In this document: one piece after another, positions 7,695 through 15,888 of the stretch | Numbering within the stretch: the stretch's first letter is position 1 | How the letters are laid out: each line of letters opens with the position of its first letter | Assembly: GCA_031372565.1 (NCBI GenBank) | Contig: JANMLN010000162.1 | Coordinates: 1-30,099 of the forward strand | DNA: 30,099 nucleotides | Direction of reading: 5' to 3' | Origin: Gemmatimonadota bacterium | GTDB taxonomy: Bacteria; Gemmatimonadota; Gemmatimonadetes; Gemmatimonadales; Gemmatimonadaceae | Program-made: the position numbers and the translations under genes | The notes under the pieces: model-generated | The model's database searches: none | What the model saw: the letters and a program-made list of their open reading frames with translations, nothing else | Told to the model about the DNA's origin: nothing

Positions 7695-9080
7695 ATGACC
7701 GCCACCGTTCCCGCTGACCTCGCGTCGTTCCTCACGACGCACGATGCACGCATCAAGTCGGAGTTGGATGCGTTCCTCCGCATTCCGTCCGTGAGTGCGC
7801 GCTCGGAGCACGACGCCGACACCCGGCGCGCCGCCGACTGGCTCGCCGCCGAGTGCACGCGCATCGGACTCGCGACCGAGGTGATTCCCACCGAGGGGCA
7901 CCCGATCGTCCTCGCCGAGTGGCGCGGCGCGCCGGGCAAGCCGACGGTGCTGGTGTACGGCCACTACGACGTGCAGCCCGCCGAGCCGCTGGAACTCTGG
8001 ACGTCGCCCCCGTTCGAGCCGCAGGTGCGCGACGGCAAGCTCTACGCGCGCGGCTCGGTGGACGACAAGGGCCAGCTCTATCTGCATGTGAAAGCGCTCG
8101 AGGCGCACTTGGCCGTGCGCGGTGCCTTGCCCGTTAACGTGATCCTGCTCGCGGAGGGCGAAGAGGAGGTTGGCAGCGAGCACCTGGCACCCTTCGTGGC
8201 GGCGCACGCGGCGCGACTCGCGTGCGATGCCTGCGTCATCTCCGACTCGGCCATGTTCGCCCCCGGGCTCCCCTCGCTGCTCTTCGCGCTGCGCGGACTC
8301 GCGTACTTCCAGCTGGACGTGCACGGCCCCGCGCAGGATCTGCACTCGGGCAGCTACGGCGGCGCGGTGGTCAATCCCGCGATGGCGCTCGCACGGATCC
8401 TGTCCACGATGCACCATGCGGATGGTCGGATCGCGATTCCCGGCTTCTATGACGCGGTCAAGACGTGGGAGGAGAACGTGCGCGCGCGGATCCGTGCGCT
8501 CCCGTTCGACGACGAGCACTTTCGGGCCGAAACGGGTGCGCCGGCGCTCGGTGGCGAACCGGGGTTCAGCACCCTCGAACGGCTCTGGACGCGGCCCACG
8601 TGCGAGGTCAACGGCCTGTTGAGCGGTTACACGGGCGAAGGCGCCAAGACCGTGCTGCCGTCCAAGGCGATGGCCAAGGTCAGCTGCCGGCTCGTGCCTG
8701 ATCAGACGCCGGCCCAGATCGAGGCGCTGATGCAGGCGCACGTCGAGCGCGTCGCGCCGGCCGGGGTGCAGGTCACGGTGACCCACCTGCATGGCGGCCA
8801 GCCTTGGCGGGGCGAACCCGAAGGCCCGTTCTTCCATGCGGCCCAGCGCGCGCTCGAAGCCGCGTTTGGTCGCGCTCCCGTTCTGACGGGCGAAGGGGGG
8901 TCCATTCCGGTCGTGGGGGACTTTCAGCGGATTCTGGGCGCGCCGGTCATCCTCATGGGGTTCGGCCTGCCGGGGGAGAACGCCCATGCGCCGGACGAGT
9001 GGCTCAGCGTGACCAACTTCGAGACCGGGATGCGCGCCGTGGCGGCCTTCTGGGACGAGGCCGGCCAAGTGGGTGGCTAG
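7695..9080 (+). CDS. M20-family dipeptidase (CNDP/Dug1-like), 461 aa
   Basis: YGHYDVQP, ARGSVDDKG, EGEEEVGS, DLHSG, GGSIP, ENAHAPDE; start set at ATG 7695. Confidence 0.93.
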   Translation: MTATVPADLASFLTTHDARIKSELDAFLRIPSVSARSEHDADTRRAADWLAAECTRIGLATEVIPTEGHPIVLAEWRGAPGKPTVLVYGHYDVQPAEPLELWTSPPFEPQVRDGKLYARGSVDDKGQLYLHVKALEAHLAVRGALPVNVILLAEGEEEVGSEHLAPFVAAHAARLACDACVISDSAMFAPGLPSLLFALRGLAYFQLDVHGPAQDLHSGSYGGAVVNPAMALARILSTMHHADGRIAIPGFYDAVKTWEENVRARIRALPFDDEHFRAETGAPALGGEPGFSTLERLWTRPTCEVNGLLSGYTGEGAKTVLPSKAMAKVSCRLVPDQTPAQIEALMQAHVERVAPAGVQVTVTHLHGGQPWRGEPEGPFFHAAQRALEAAFGRAPVLTGEGGSIPVVGDFQRILGAPVILMGFGLPGENAHAPDEWLSVTNFETGMRAVAAFWDEAGQVGG

Positions 9081-9219
9081 CGTCACGACCTTTCCACGGT
9101 TCACGCGTGGCCTAGCGCCATACCCCGGGGTCCTGCGAAATTTCGCGGCTGCGACCGTGCCGTTGGTGCAGGCGCTGTCCCTGATCGTCGTCATCTCCCG
9201 CAATTTTTCGAGGTTCGCA

Positions 9220-9882
9220 ATGAAGCTTCGTCTGGGTGTTGCCGCAGCCCTTGCCCTCGCTGCTGCCCAGTCCACTACGGCCGCCGCGCAGGCCACGGCC
9301 GCCGTCCTGCCGTGGGAGGTCGCCCTCAGCATCGGTGATATCGCCCGCAGCGCCTCGGTCGCCAAGGTCATGGGGGTGCGGACCGTGTGGAACGACCGCG
9401 TCAACCTCCATTGGGGGCTGCGCGGCACCTTCTTCTTCGGTGACGGTGTGCCGCACCCGGGCGTCGGCGATGATCGCTCCACCGTGTTCGTGCCCAACAT
9501 GCAGTCACTGGCCGCGAACGTCATGATCGGCGCGGGCATCAAGGTCGGCTCGGGGATCGAGCTCGGCATGAACGTCGACCTCACCGGTCTCACGCTCGGC
9601 ACGGAGCGCAACGCGGTCCTGCAGAATCCCGGGATCCGGAGCGTGAGCGTGGCACCCGTCTGGTTCAACGCCTTCGGGTTCGGTTCCGAGCGCACGCGTG
9701 GGTCGCTCAACTCCCAGCTCTACCTGATGTACGAAGTCAGCGACGAGTGGAAGCTCAAGGTCGGGTACAGCAACCTGTGGACCGACTACGCCCTGCAGAA
9801 TCCGCTCAGCAACGCGCCGATCCGCTATCGGTCATCGTTGCCGACCATCCTGATCGGCGGTCGCTATACGCCCAAGGACTGA
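9220..9882 (+). CDS. Exported protein, probable small outer-membrane beta-barrel, 220 aa
   Basis: GAGG SD, MKLRLGVAAALALAAA...AAA signal peptide, alternating amphipathic strands, C-terminal ILIGGRY. Confidence 0.65.
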   Translation: MKLRLGVAAALALAAAQSTTAAAQATAAVLPWEVALSIGDIARSASVAKVMGVRTVWNDRVNLHWGLRGTFFFGDGVPHPGVGDDRSTVFVPNMQSLAANVMIGAGIKVGSGIELGMNVDLTGLTLGTERNAVLQNPGIRSVSVAPVWFNAFGFGSERTRGSLNSQLYLMYEVSDEWKLKVGYSNLWTDYALQNPLSNAPIRYRSSLPTILIGGRYTPKD

Positions 9883-9900
9883 GGCGCGACGGTTCGTGAA

Positions 9901-9940
9901 CGCGACGGGGCGGGTGCCAATCGGCATCCGCCCCGTCGCG
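9901..9940 (+). terminator. 18-bp GC-rich hairpin, terminator-like (no U-tract)
   Basis: CGCGACGGGGCGGGTGCC-AATC-GGCATCCGCCCCGTCGCG, 18 nt after the stop at 9882. Confidence 0.6.
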
Positions 9941-10033
9941 CATTCAGCGACAGGCACCCGCTCGCGCAGCGTCCGCTCGCTCGCCCTGACGTCCGGACGT
10001 AGCTTGTCGCGAGCGTCCGGCACATCTCCTCCG

Positions 10034-11590
10034 ATGAACCGTCCCATGCGCCTTCGCCTCCTGCACGTCTCGTGGTTGGCCGCTGCCATCGCACCCGCGA
10101 CGCTCACCGCCCAGCGCGTGGCAGCACGCACAAGCGTGACGTCCGTTCCAGCCGCGATGGCCCAGGTGCGCGAAGCCGACCTCAAGCGCGATCTCTACGC
10201 CATGGCATCGAGCGCGATGCGCGGCCGCGAAGGGGGCACGCCCGACGAGATGCGCGCGTCGATCTGGGTCGCCGAGCAGTACGCGAAGATCGGCCTCAAG
10301 CCCCTCGGCGAGGACGGCTCGTACTTCCAGTGGTTCAGCATGCTGCGCACCCGCGTGTCGGTCACCGCGAGTCGCGTCAGCATCGGCGGGAAGTCACTCG
10401 CGCTCTTCAGCGACGTGACGGCACCGAACGTCGTGCCGATCGAGGCCTGGGGCGCCGTCACCTGGCTGGCAAATGTCAGTGACACGACGATCGACGTGCG
10501 CGGCAAGATCGTCGCCGCGCAGCTGCCCGCGCCCAATCCCGCGACCATCCGCCCGACGAGCTATCCCGCCAACGTTCGGTATGTGGACGCCGCGATCCTC
10601 GCCATGAACCAGCGCTTCGCGCGGCGGGGCGCCCTTGCCGTGCTGCTCGTCGCGGACGCCAAGACCGACGAGGCGTTCGACGCCTTCGCCACCATGCGCG
10701 AGCGTGGCAGCTACGACGTCGATCGTGCGGCATCGCGCACGAACGGACAGCCCACGCGCGTCCCTCCGCCGCCCGCACTCGGCGCCGGGCCGGCGCCGGT
10801 GCTGCTGCTGCGCGCGTCGATGGGTGCGGTCCTCGAGCGTGGTCCCGGCGTCGAGATCTCCGTCCGCCTCGAGCGCTTCGAAACGCAATCGGTGAACGTG
10901 ATCGGCGTCGTGCGCGGCATCGATGCCAAGCTGCGCGATGAGTACGTCCTGTACAGCTCGCATCAGGACGCCAACGGTGTGCGCTTCGTCATCGACGGCG
11001 ACTCCGTGTGGGCCGGTGCCGACGATAACGGCTCCGTGAGCGTGGCCGAGTTCGCGGCTGCGCGTGCGTTCGTGAAACAGCCGGGTCGGCGCTCCGTGCT
11101 CTTTGTGCACCATGGCTCCGAGGAGCGCGGCCTCCTCGGGTCGCGCTATCACGCCACGCATCCCGTCGTGCCACTCGCGAAGGTCGTCGCCGTGCTCAAT
11201 GGCGACATGATCGGACGCAATCATCCGGATACCGCCAGCCTGCTGGGCAGCCAGCCGCCGCATCGCAACTCCAGCGACCTGGTGGCGATGGCGATGCGCG
11301 CCAACGCGCTCACCGGCAAGTTCGTGCTCGACTCGCTCTGGGATCGCCCGACGCATCCGGAAGGCTGGTACTTCCGCAGCGATCACGTGCCGTACGCCCG
11401 CCTCGGCGTCCCGGCGCTCATGTGGTCAACCAACCTGCACGATGACTACCACACCGTGCGGGACACGCCAGATCGCATCGACTACGCCAAGCTCACCCGC
11501 ATGGCACAGTGGATGTACCTGACGGGGTGGTTCGTGGCCAACGCCGACACGCGACCGGCCACGGACCCGGGCTTCAAGCTCGAGCGGTAG
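10034..11590 (+). CDS. Exported M28-family aminopeptidase with PA-like insert
   Basis: Signal peptide; MRGREGG, SSHQD, GADDNGS, SEERGLLGS, NGDMIGR, RSDH, DYHT motifs; start 10034 or 10046. Confidence 0.92.
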   Translation: MNRPMRLRLLHVSWLAAAIAPATLTAQRVAARTSVTSVPAAMAQVREADLKRDLYAMASSAMRGREGGTPDEMRASIWVAEQYAKIGLKPLGEDGSYFQWFSMLRTRVSVTASRVSIGGKSLALFSDVTAPNVVPIEAWGAVTWLANVSDTTIDVRGKIVAAQLPAPNPATIRPTSYPANVRYVDAAILAMNQRFARRGALAVLLVADAKTDEAFDAFATMRERGSYDVDRAASRTNGQPTRVPPPPALGAGPAPVLLLRASMGAVLERGPGVEISVRLERFETQSVNVIGVVRGIDAKLRDEYVLYSSHQDANGVRFVIDGDSVWAGADDNGSVSVAEFAAARAFVKQPGRRSVLFVHHGSEERGLLGSRYHATHPVVPLAKVVAVLNGDMIGRNHPDTASLLGSQPPHRNSSDLVAMAMRANALTGKFVLDSLWDRPTHPEGWYFRSDHVPYARLGVPALMWSTNLHDDYHTVRDTPDRIDYAKLTRMAQWMYLTGWFVANADTRPATDPGFKLER

Positions 11591-11616
11591 CGCCGTCGCC
11601 CGGTCCGCGACGGCGC
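11590..11616. terminator. 10-bp hairpin between convergent M28 peptidase and rho
   Basis: GCGCCGTCGC-CCGGTCC-GCGACGGCGC. Confidence 0.5.
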
Positions 11617-11629
11617 ACACGCGGACGTC

Positions 11630-13177
11630 TTACAACCCGTCGAGCAGGGCGTCGTTGGTCGTCGTGTTCGCGATCCGCTTGATCAGCCACTCCATCGCGG
11701 CCTGCGGCGGCATCTGGCCAAGCCCGCGCCGGAGCATGTGCACGTGCTCGAGCTGATCTGGTCGGAACAGCTTGTCCTCGCGGCGCGTCCCGCTGGTCGC
11801 GATATCGACGGCAGGGAAGATGCGCTTCTCCGCCATCGAGCGATCCAGCTTGATCTCGCAGTTGCCGGTGCCCTTGAACTCCTCGAAGATCACGTCGTCC
11901 ATGCGCGAACCCGTCTCGACGAGCGCGGTGGCGATGATCGTGAGCGAACCGCCCCCGTTGGCCTCCGAGACGGCGCGTGCGGACCCGAAGAAGGCCTTGG
12001 GCTTGGCCATCGCGGTGGCATCGAGACCGCCGGACATCGTGCGCCCGGTACCGCGCTCGGCCGTGTTGTGCGCCCGTGCCATGCGCGTGAGCGAGTCGAG
12101 CACGATGATCACGTCACGCCCCAACTCGACGAGTCGGCGCGCGCGCTCCAGCACCATCTCGGTCACTTCGACGTGCCGCTTGGCCGGTTGGTCGAAGCTC
12201 GAGGCGATCACCTCGCCGACCCCCCACGAGATGGCTTCGCTCACTTCTTCCGGCCGCTCGTCCACGAGCAGAATGAGCAGCACGGCCGCGGGGTGATTCA
12301 TGGCGATCCCCTCGGTGACGGCATGCATGAGCATGGTCTTGCCGGCACGGGCTGGCGCGACGATCAGCGCACGCTGACCGTAGCCGATCGGTGCCACCAG
12401 GTCGATCGCTCGACGTGTCAGCTCGGGGCCGCCCTTGGCCGGACGTCCGGTTTCGAGAATCAGCTTCCGGTCGGGGTAGCTGGCCACCAGTGACTGGAAG
12501 TCGGGCCGCTTGAGGCTGCTCGCCGGCTCCGCGTCGTTGATCTGCTGCACCTCGACGACCACGGTCCGGCCGCGGAAGTCGCGTCCGGTCGTCGCGGTGA
12601 GCTTGTCGCTCTTGCGAAGGCCGAGCTGCCGCACCTGCCATGGCGCCATGAACGGATCGGTCGGATCGGCCAGATAGCTCGCCCCCGGGCGGCGCACGAA
12701 TCCACCGTCGCGCGAGGGATCGAACCAGCCCGTCACCTCACCATCAGCCACCACGGCCTGCTGCGGAGGCTGCTGCCCGGAGTTGCCCTGTTGGGCGCCA
12801 GCAGCCGGGGCATCACCGCCGTTCCCGGGTCGATCACGGAACCGACCGCGACGACCGCGGCGCCCGTTGCGTCGCCCCGCGCCGCCCCCCTGCTGCGATC
12901 CGGCACCGCCCGCGCCATGCTGGTACGGCGACTCGGGACGCGAAGGCGCACCCTCACCACCGTTGCCTCCAACGTCGCGCGGAGCTCCGTTGCCGTCCGG
13001 CGCGTGCGTTTCCTGACTTCCCCCGCTCTGCGCAGGGGGCGGCGCGTCCGGCGCGTCGGCGGCGCCGTCGCTGGAGGGCGCGTCGGCATCCCGGTATGGG
13101 TTGTCCTGGGAGGCGTCACCTTCTGGGCGCTTGCCCGTGGTGCGCCGGCGACGATACGGACGTCGACGTTCGGTCAT
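11630..13177 (-). CDS. rho: Transcription termination factor Rho, divergent, with long low-complexity N-terminus
   Basis: 515 aa; APIGYGQR, Walker A APARAGKT, DERPEEV, LDSLTRMARA, ETGSRMDDVIFEEFKGTGN, SGTRREDKL. Confidence 0.95.
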   Translation of the reverse strand: MTERRRPYRRRRTTGKRPEGDASQDNPYRDADAPSSDGAADAPDAPPPAQSGGSQETHAPDGNGAPRDVGGNGGEGAPSRPESPYQHGAGGAGSQQGGGAGRRNGRRGRRGRFRDRPGNGGDAPAAGAQQGNSGQQPPQQAVVADGEVTGWFDPSRDGGFVRRPGASYLADPTDPFMAPWQVRQLGLRKSDKLTATTGRDFRGRTVVVEVQQINDAEPASSLKRPDFQSLVASYPDRKLILETGRPAKGGPELTRRAIDLVAPIGYGQRALIVAPARAGKTMLMHAVTEGIAMNHPAAVLLILLVDERPEEVSEAISWGVGEVIASSFDQPAKRHVEVTEMVLERARRLVELGRDVIIVLDSLTRMARAHNTAERGTGRTMSGGLDATAMAKPKAFFGSARAVSEANGGGSLTIIATALVETGSRMDDVIFEEFKGTGNCEIKLDRSMAEKRIFPAVDIATSGTRREDKLFRPDQLEHVHMLRRGLGQMPPQAAMEWLIKRIANTTTNDALLDGL

Positions 13178-13611
13178 GTCGGGATATGGCGGGTCAGGCG
13201 CGCCCCGGTCGGCCGGTCGGCCCCGGCGGGCGCAGTGAAACGAATGGTGTCAGTCCCGGTCTCCACACAGGGCGTCTCTCGTGCCTGGAGCGCCCGATCG
13301 ATCGGGCGGCACGAAGTCGCTGTTGGGCCGGGGGCCTTGGCACGCGTCAACAATGACGCGCCTCGAAACGGCAGTCGCACGTGGGATACACACCATGGCG
13401 ACCGACTCACTCGTGAAGTACGCCGCCGGCCAATCGCGACCGTTGCGCTGCGCACCGAACCGTCGGTGAGTCCTGCGTCCTGCATCAACAAGCGAGCAGC
13501 ACCCGCTTGTACGCGCGTAATGTGAGTGCCGTGGAGACGGCGCGCAACCCACCAATGCCGCTAGCTTATCGCCCCACCCCCGTTCCATCACTTCCGACTT
13601 CACGCCGTCCC

Positions 13612-14199
13612 ATGCGTCACGAAGACCTGTCCCGTCGACTGGCCTCCGCCGTCGAGCACTTTCGCGCCGACGGTGATATGGGTGCCTTGCAGGAGACGCT
13701 GGCGCAGCTGGTGCGCGAGTCCCCCGCGTCCGAGCTGGCCGCCGCCGCCGAGCCGTATCGGACCATGCCCGAGGTGGCCGGCCCGATCTTCGAGAAGGTT
13801 GTCGAGGCGGACCCCGACAATGCCAAGGCGCTGGTGGCCCTCGCCAACGCCTACTGGCTGGCCGGGCGTGGCCCAGAGAAGGTAGGCGAACTGGCGAGCC
13901 GGGCCATCGCGGCGGACCCGGCCAACAGGGCCGGCTGGCATCTGTGGTGCCTCTCCGAGAGTGACCCCCGTGAGCGCACGATTCGCTGGCGACAGGTCGT
14001 GGCGCGCTTTCACGACGATGACCTGGCGCGGGCGACGCTGGCCGACAGTGCGGCATCCCTGGCTGGTGCCGAGCGCGACCCGGAGGCGCTCGCCCTCGCG
14101 ATCAGCGAGTACGAGATTTTGCTGGCGCGCGCGACGCGACCCGAGCAGCGCGAGGCGCTCGACAAGGCGCTCCTGACGCTCCGGGCATGGACAATTTGA
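13612..14199 (+). CDS. TPR-like helical-repeat protein, ~195 aa
   Basis: FEKVVEADPDNAKALVALANAYW, RAIAADPAN, AISEYEILL are TPR-type patterns; start ATG 13612 (13555 possible). Confidence 0.75.
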   Translation: MRHEDLSRRLASAVEHFRADGDMGALQETLAQLVRESPASELAAAAEPYRTMPEVAGPIFEKVVEADPDNAKALVALANAYWLAGRGPEKVGELASRAIAADPANRAGWHLWCLSESDPRERTIRWRQVVARFHDDDLARATLADSAASLAGAERDPEALALAISEYEILLARATRPEQREALDKALLTLRAWTI

Positions 14200-14212
14200 C
14201 CTAGTGGGCAAA

Positions 14213-14290
14213 GGCAAAATGTCCGATTCCGGCCGGCAAGAGTCGCAGAAAGGGCAGTAATGTCGCAAAGCCACACCAAAATGTCGCGAA
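14213..14290 (+). promoter_or_regulatory. Four phased direct repeats, putative AraC-family binding array
   Basis: AAAATGTCCGA, AAGAGTCGCAG, TAATGTCGCAA, AAAATGTCGCG with GTC cores at 14221, 14242, 14262, 14283 (21/20/21-bp spacing). Confidence 0.7.
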
Positions 14291-14398
14291 TTCGCCCGAC
14301 GGGAGGTGCCGCACTCGCCGAGACTAAGGGGTAGTGGGCGGTCTGACCCGGGCGCCGCCAGCTGAGAACATCCTGCCCGGACCGATCGATGGGCGAGC

Positions 14399-15625
14399 AT
14401 GAGACAAGCTGAGCTTCTCCGGCACCAGGCTTTCTTCGACCGACTGGCCATGCTGCAGGAGTCCGATCCTGCCTGGAGGACGTTCACCGCAGGGCTCCTC
14501 GTGTTGCGTCAGCTGGACGACCGATTCCGGGAGGGGTACGCCCCCGATGCGCGGTCCACGGCCGCCACGATGGAAGCCGTTCAGTCGGTCCCGACGACCG
14601 ACTCGACGCGCCGACTCTTGATCGGGCTCGCCGATCTCGCGGTGTCTGCTGCCCCCCCGCTGCACGCCCTCGGCGTGCAGCTGTTCGCCTGGGCACGCGC
14701 GTTGGAGAACGATGCGGCGTGGGCGGTCGCGCAGGACGTGTATCGGATGGTGACCGAGTGCATGCCGGTCGACGACGACCTGGAGATCGTGACCGACGCC
14801 TGGATGCGACGCGCCTACGTCGCCCGGATGATGGGTGCGTACGCGGACGCGGAGTTCGCGATTCAGCGCGGGCGCGAGTTTGCGGCGCGCCTGGGGGATG
14901 CCTCGCGGTTGCTGCGGCTGCGCATGGCGAGCGCGAACGTGGCGATCGATCGGGACCAGCCCGAGCTCGCCGAATCGATCATCGCCGAGACCGTGGCGCT
15001 GGCCGCGCCGCTGGGCGGACCGGTGTACAGCGAAGCGCTGCACGGGCGCGGTGAGGTGGCGCGGCTGCGGGGCGACTTGGTGGGTGCCCTGCAGTACTAC
15101 CACCGGGCGCTCGAGGGCGCGCCATCCGACATCGGGCGCGAGCGGCTCCTGCTCACGATCTCGGCGGTCAGCGTCGATGTGGGCGCACGCGGCATGGCAC
15201 GCGATGCGTTGCTCGTGCTCGCGGTCACGGCGCAGACGCGCAACACGCGCTGGCTCGCGGTGGTCAACCTGCTCGAGATCGCCGTGCTCGACCGGAACGA
15301 GATCAGCTTCGAGTCGTATCGTCGCGAACTGGCGCTCGAGCCACTCAGCCCGATCGCGGCGGGCTACTTCGCGCTGTACGAAGGCCACGGCCACCGGGCA
15401 TTCGGCCGACCGGATCTGGCCGCAGCCTCCTATCGGCGGGCGCTGGAAAACGCGCACGCCCACCAACTCGGGAAGCTGGCTGGCGAAGCGGAGGCTGCGA
15501 TGCTGCGACTGCGAGAGACCGCGGACTGGAGTGGCGCGGACGACGAGTCAGCACTTCCGCGCGCGCTCGAACCCCTGGCGCGGCGCATGCGCGAGATGCG
15601 CGAGAGTCTCCCCGGTGGGCGGTGA
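14399..15625 (+). CDS. Cytoplasmic TPR-like all-helical protein, 408 aa
   Basis: Repeats such as AWMRRAYVARMMGAYADAEFA, ALHGRGEVARLRGDLVGALQYYHRAL, EGHGHRAFGRPDLAAASYRRAL; no signal peptide, HTH or NTPase motif seen. Confidence 0.8.
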   Translation: MRQAELLRHQAFFDRLAMLQESDPAWRTFTAGLLVLRQLDDRFREGYAPDARSTAATMEAVQSVPTTDSTRRLLIGLADLAVSAAPPLHALGVQLFAWARALENDAAWAVAQDVYRMVTECMPVDDDLEIVTDAWMRRAYVARMMGAYADAEFAIQRGREFAARLGDASRLLRLRMASANVAIDRDQPELAESIIAETVALAAPLGGPVYSEALHGRGEVARLRGDLVGALQYYHRALEGAPSDIGRERLLLTISAVSVDVGARGMARDALLVLAVTAQTRNTRWLAVVNLLEIAVLDRNEISFESYRRELALEPLSPIAAGYFALYEGHGHRAFGRPDLAAASYRRALENAHAHQLGKLAGEAEAAMLRLRETADWSGADDESALPRALEPLARRMREMRESLPGGR

Positions 15626-15655
15626 CGCTCGCGGCGCTCGCCGCGCCGCTACGAC

Positions 15656-15766
15656 TCAGTTGCCGTTGCTCTCGGTGACGCCATTGCGGGTCGGCGCGGT
15701 CGGCGACGTGCAGGCAGCCATCGAGATGGTCGCGAGGGCGATCAGGGCAAGGGCGATGCGGCGCAT
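15656..15766 (-). CDS. 36-aa exported peptide / lipopeptide precursor
   Basis: GAGG SD 6 nt before ATG 15766; MRRIALALIALATISMAA-CTSPTAPTRNGVTESNGN*: basic n-region, hydrophobic h-region, lipobox-like MAAC. Confidence 0.75.
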   Translation of the reverse strand: MRRIALALIALATISMAACTSPTAPTRNGVTESNGN

Positions 15767-15805
15767 GGAAGCCTCAAGAGTGGTTGGTGGATTTGACTCG
15801 CCACG

Positions 15806-15875
15806 GAATGTCGGGACACGACCCCCTGTCGCAAATGCGCCAAATGCGACAGAATGGTGCAGATTTCTGACATTA
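15806..15875. promoter_or_regulatory. Divergent promoter region with four TGTC(G/A)-type motifs including an 8-bp inverted repeat
   Basis: GAATGTCGGGA (core 15810), CTGTCGCA (15826-15833) / TGCGACAG (15845-15852), and minus-strand TAATGTCAGAAAT (core 15869-15871, 21 bp from the core at 15848-15850). Confidence 0.7.
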
Positions 15876-15888
15876 CCATCCCAAACGC

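Noticed and set aside
13178..13611. Structured ncRNA or attenuator in the rho/TPR divergent region
   Set aside because: GC-rich hairpins are present but no recognisable family or convincing promoter; cannot be separated from background without covariation data.
13612..14199. First TPR gene as part of the peptide module
   Set aside because: Different repeat style, separated by its own 200-bp regulatory gap, and no TGTCGCA motif upstream; adjacency alone is insufficient.
14399..15766. RiPP cluster or toxin-antitoxin pair
   Set aside because: No modifying enzyme, transporter or toxin motif is visible, and the peptide has an export signal rather than a RiPP leader.
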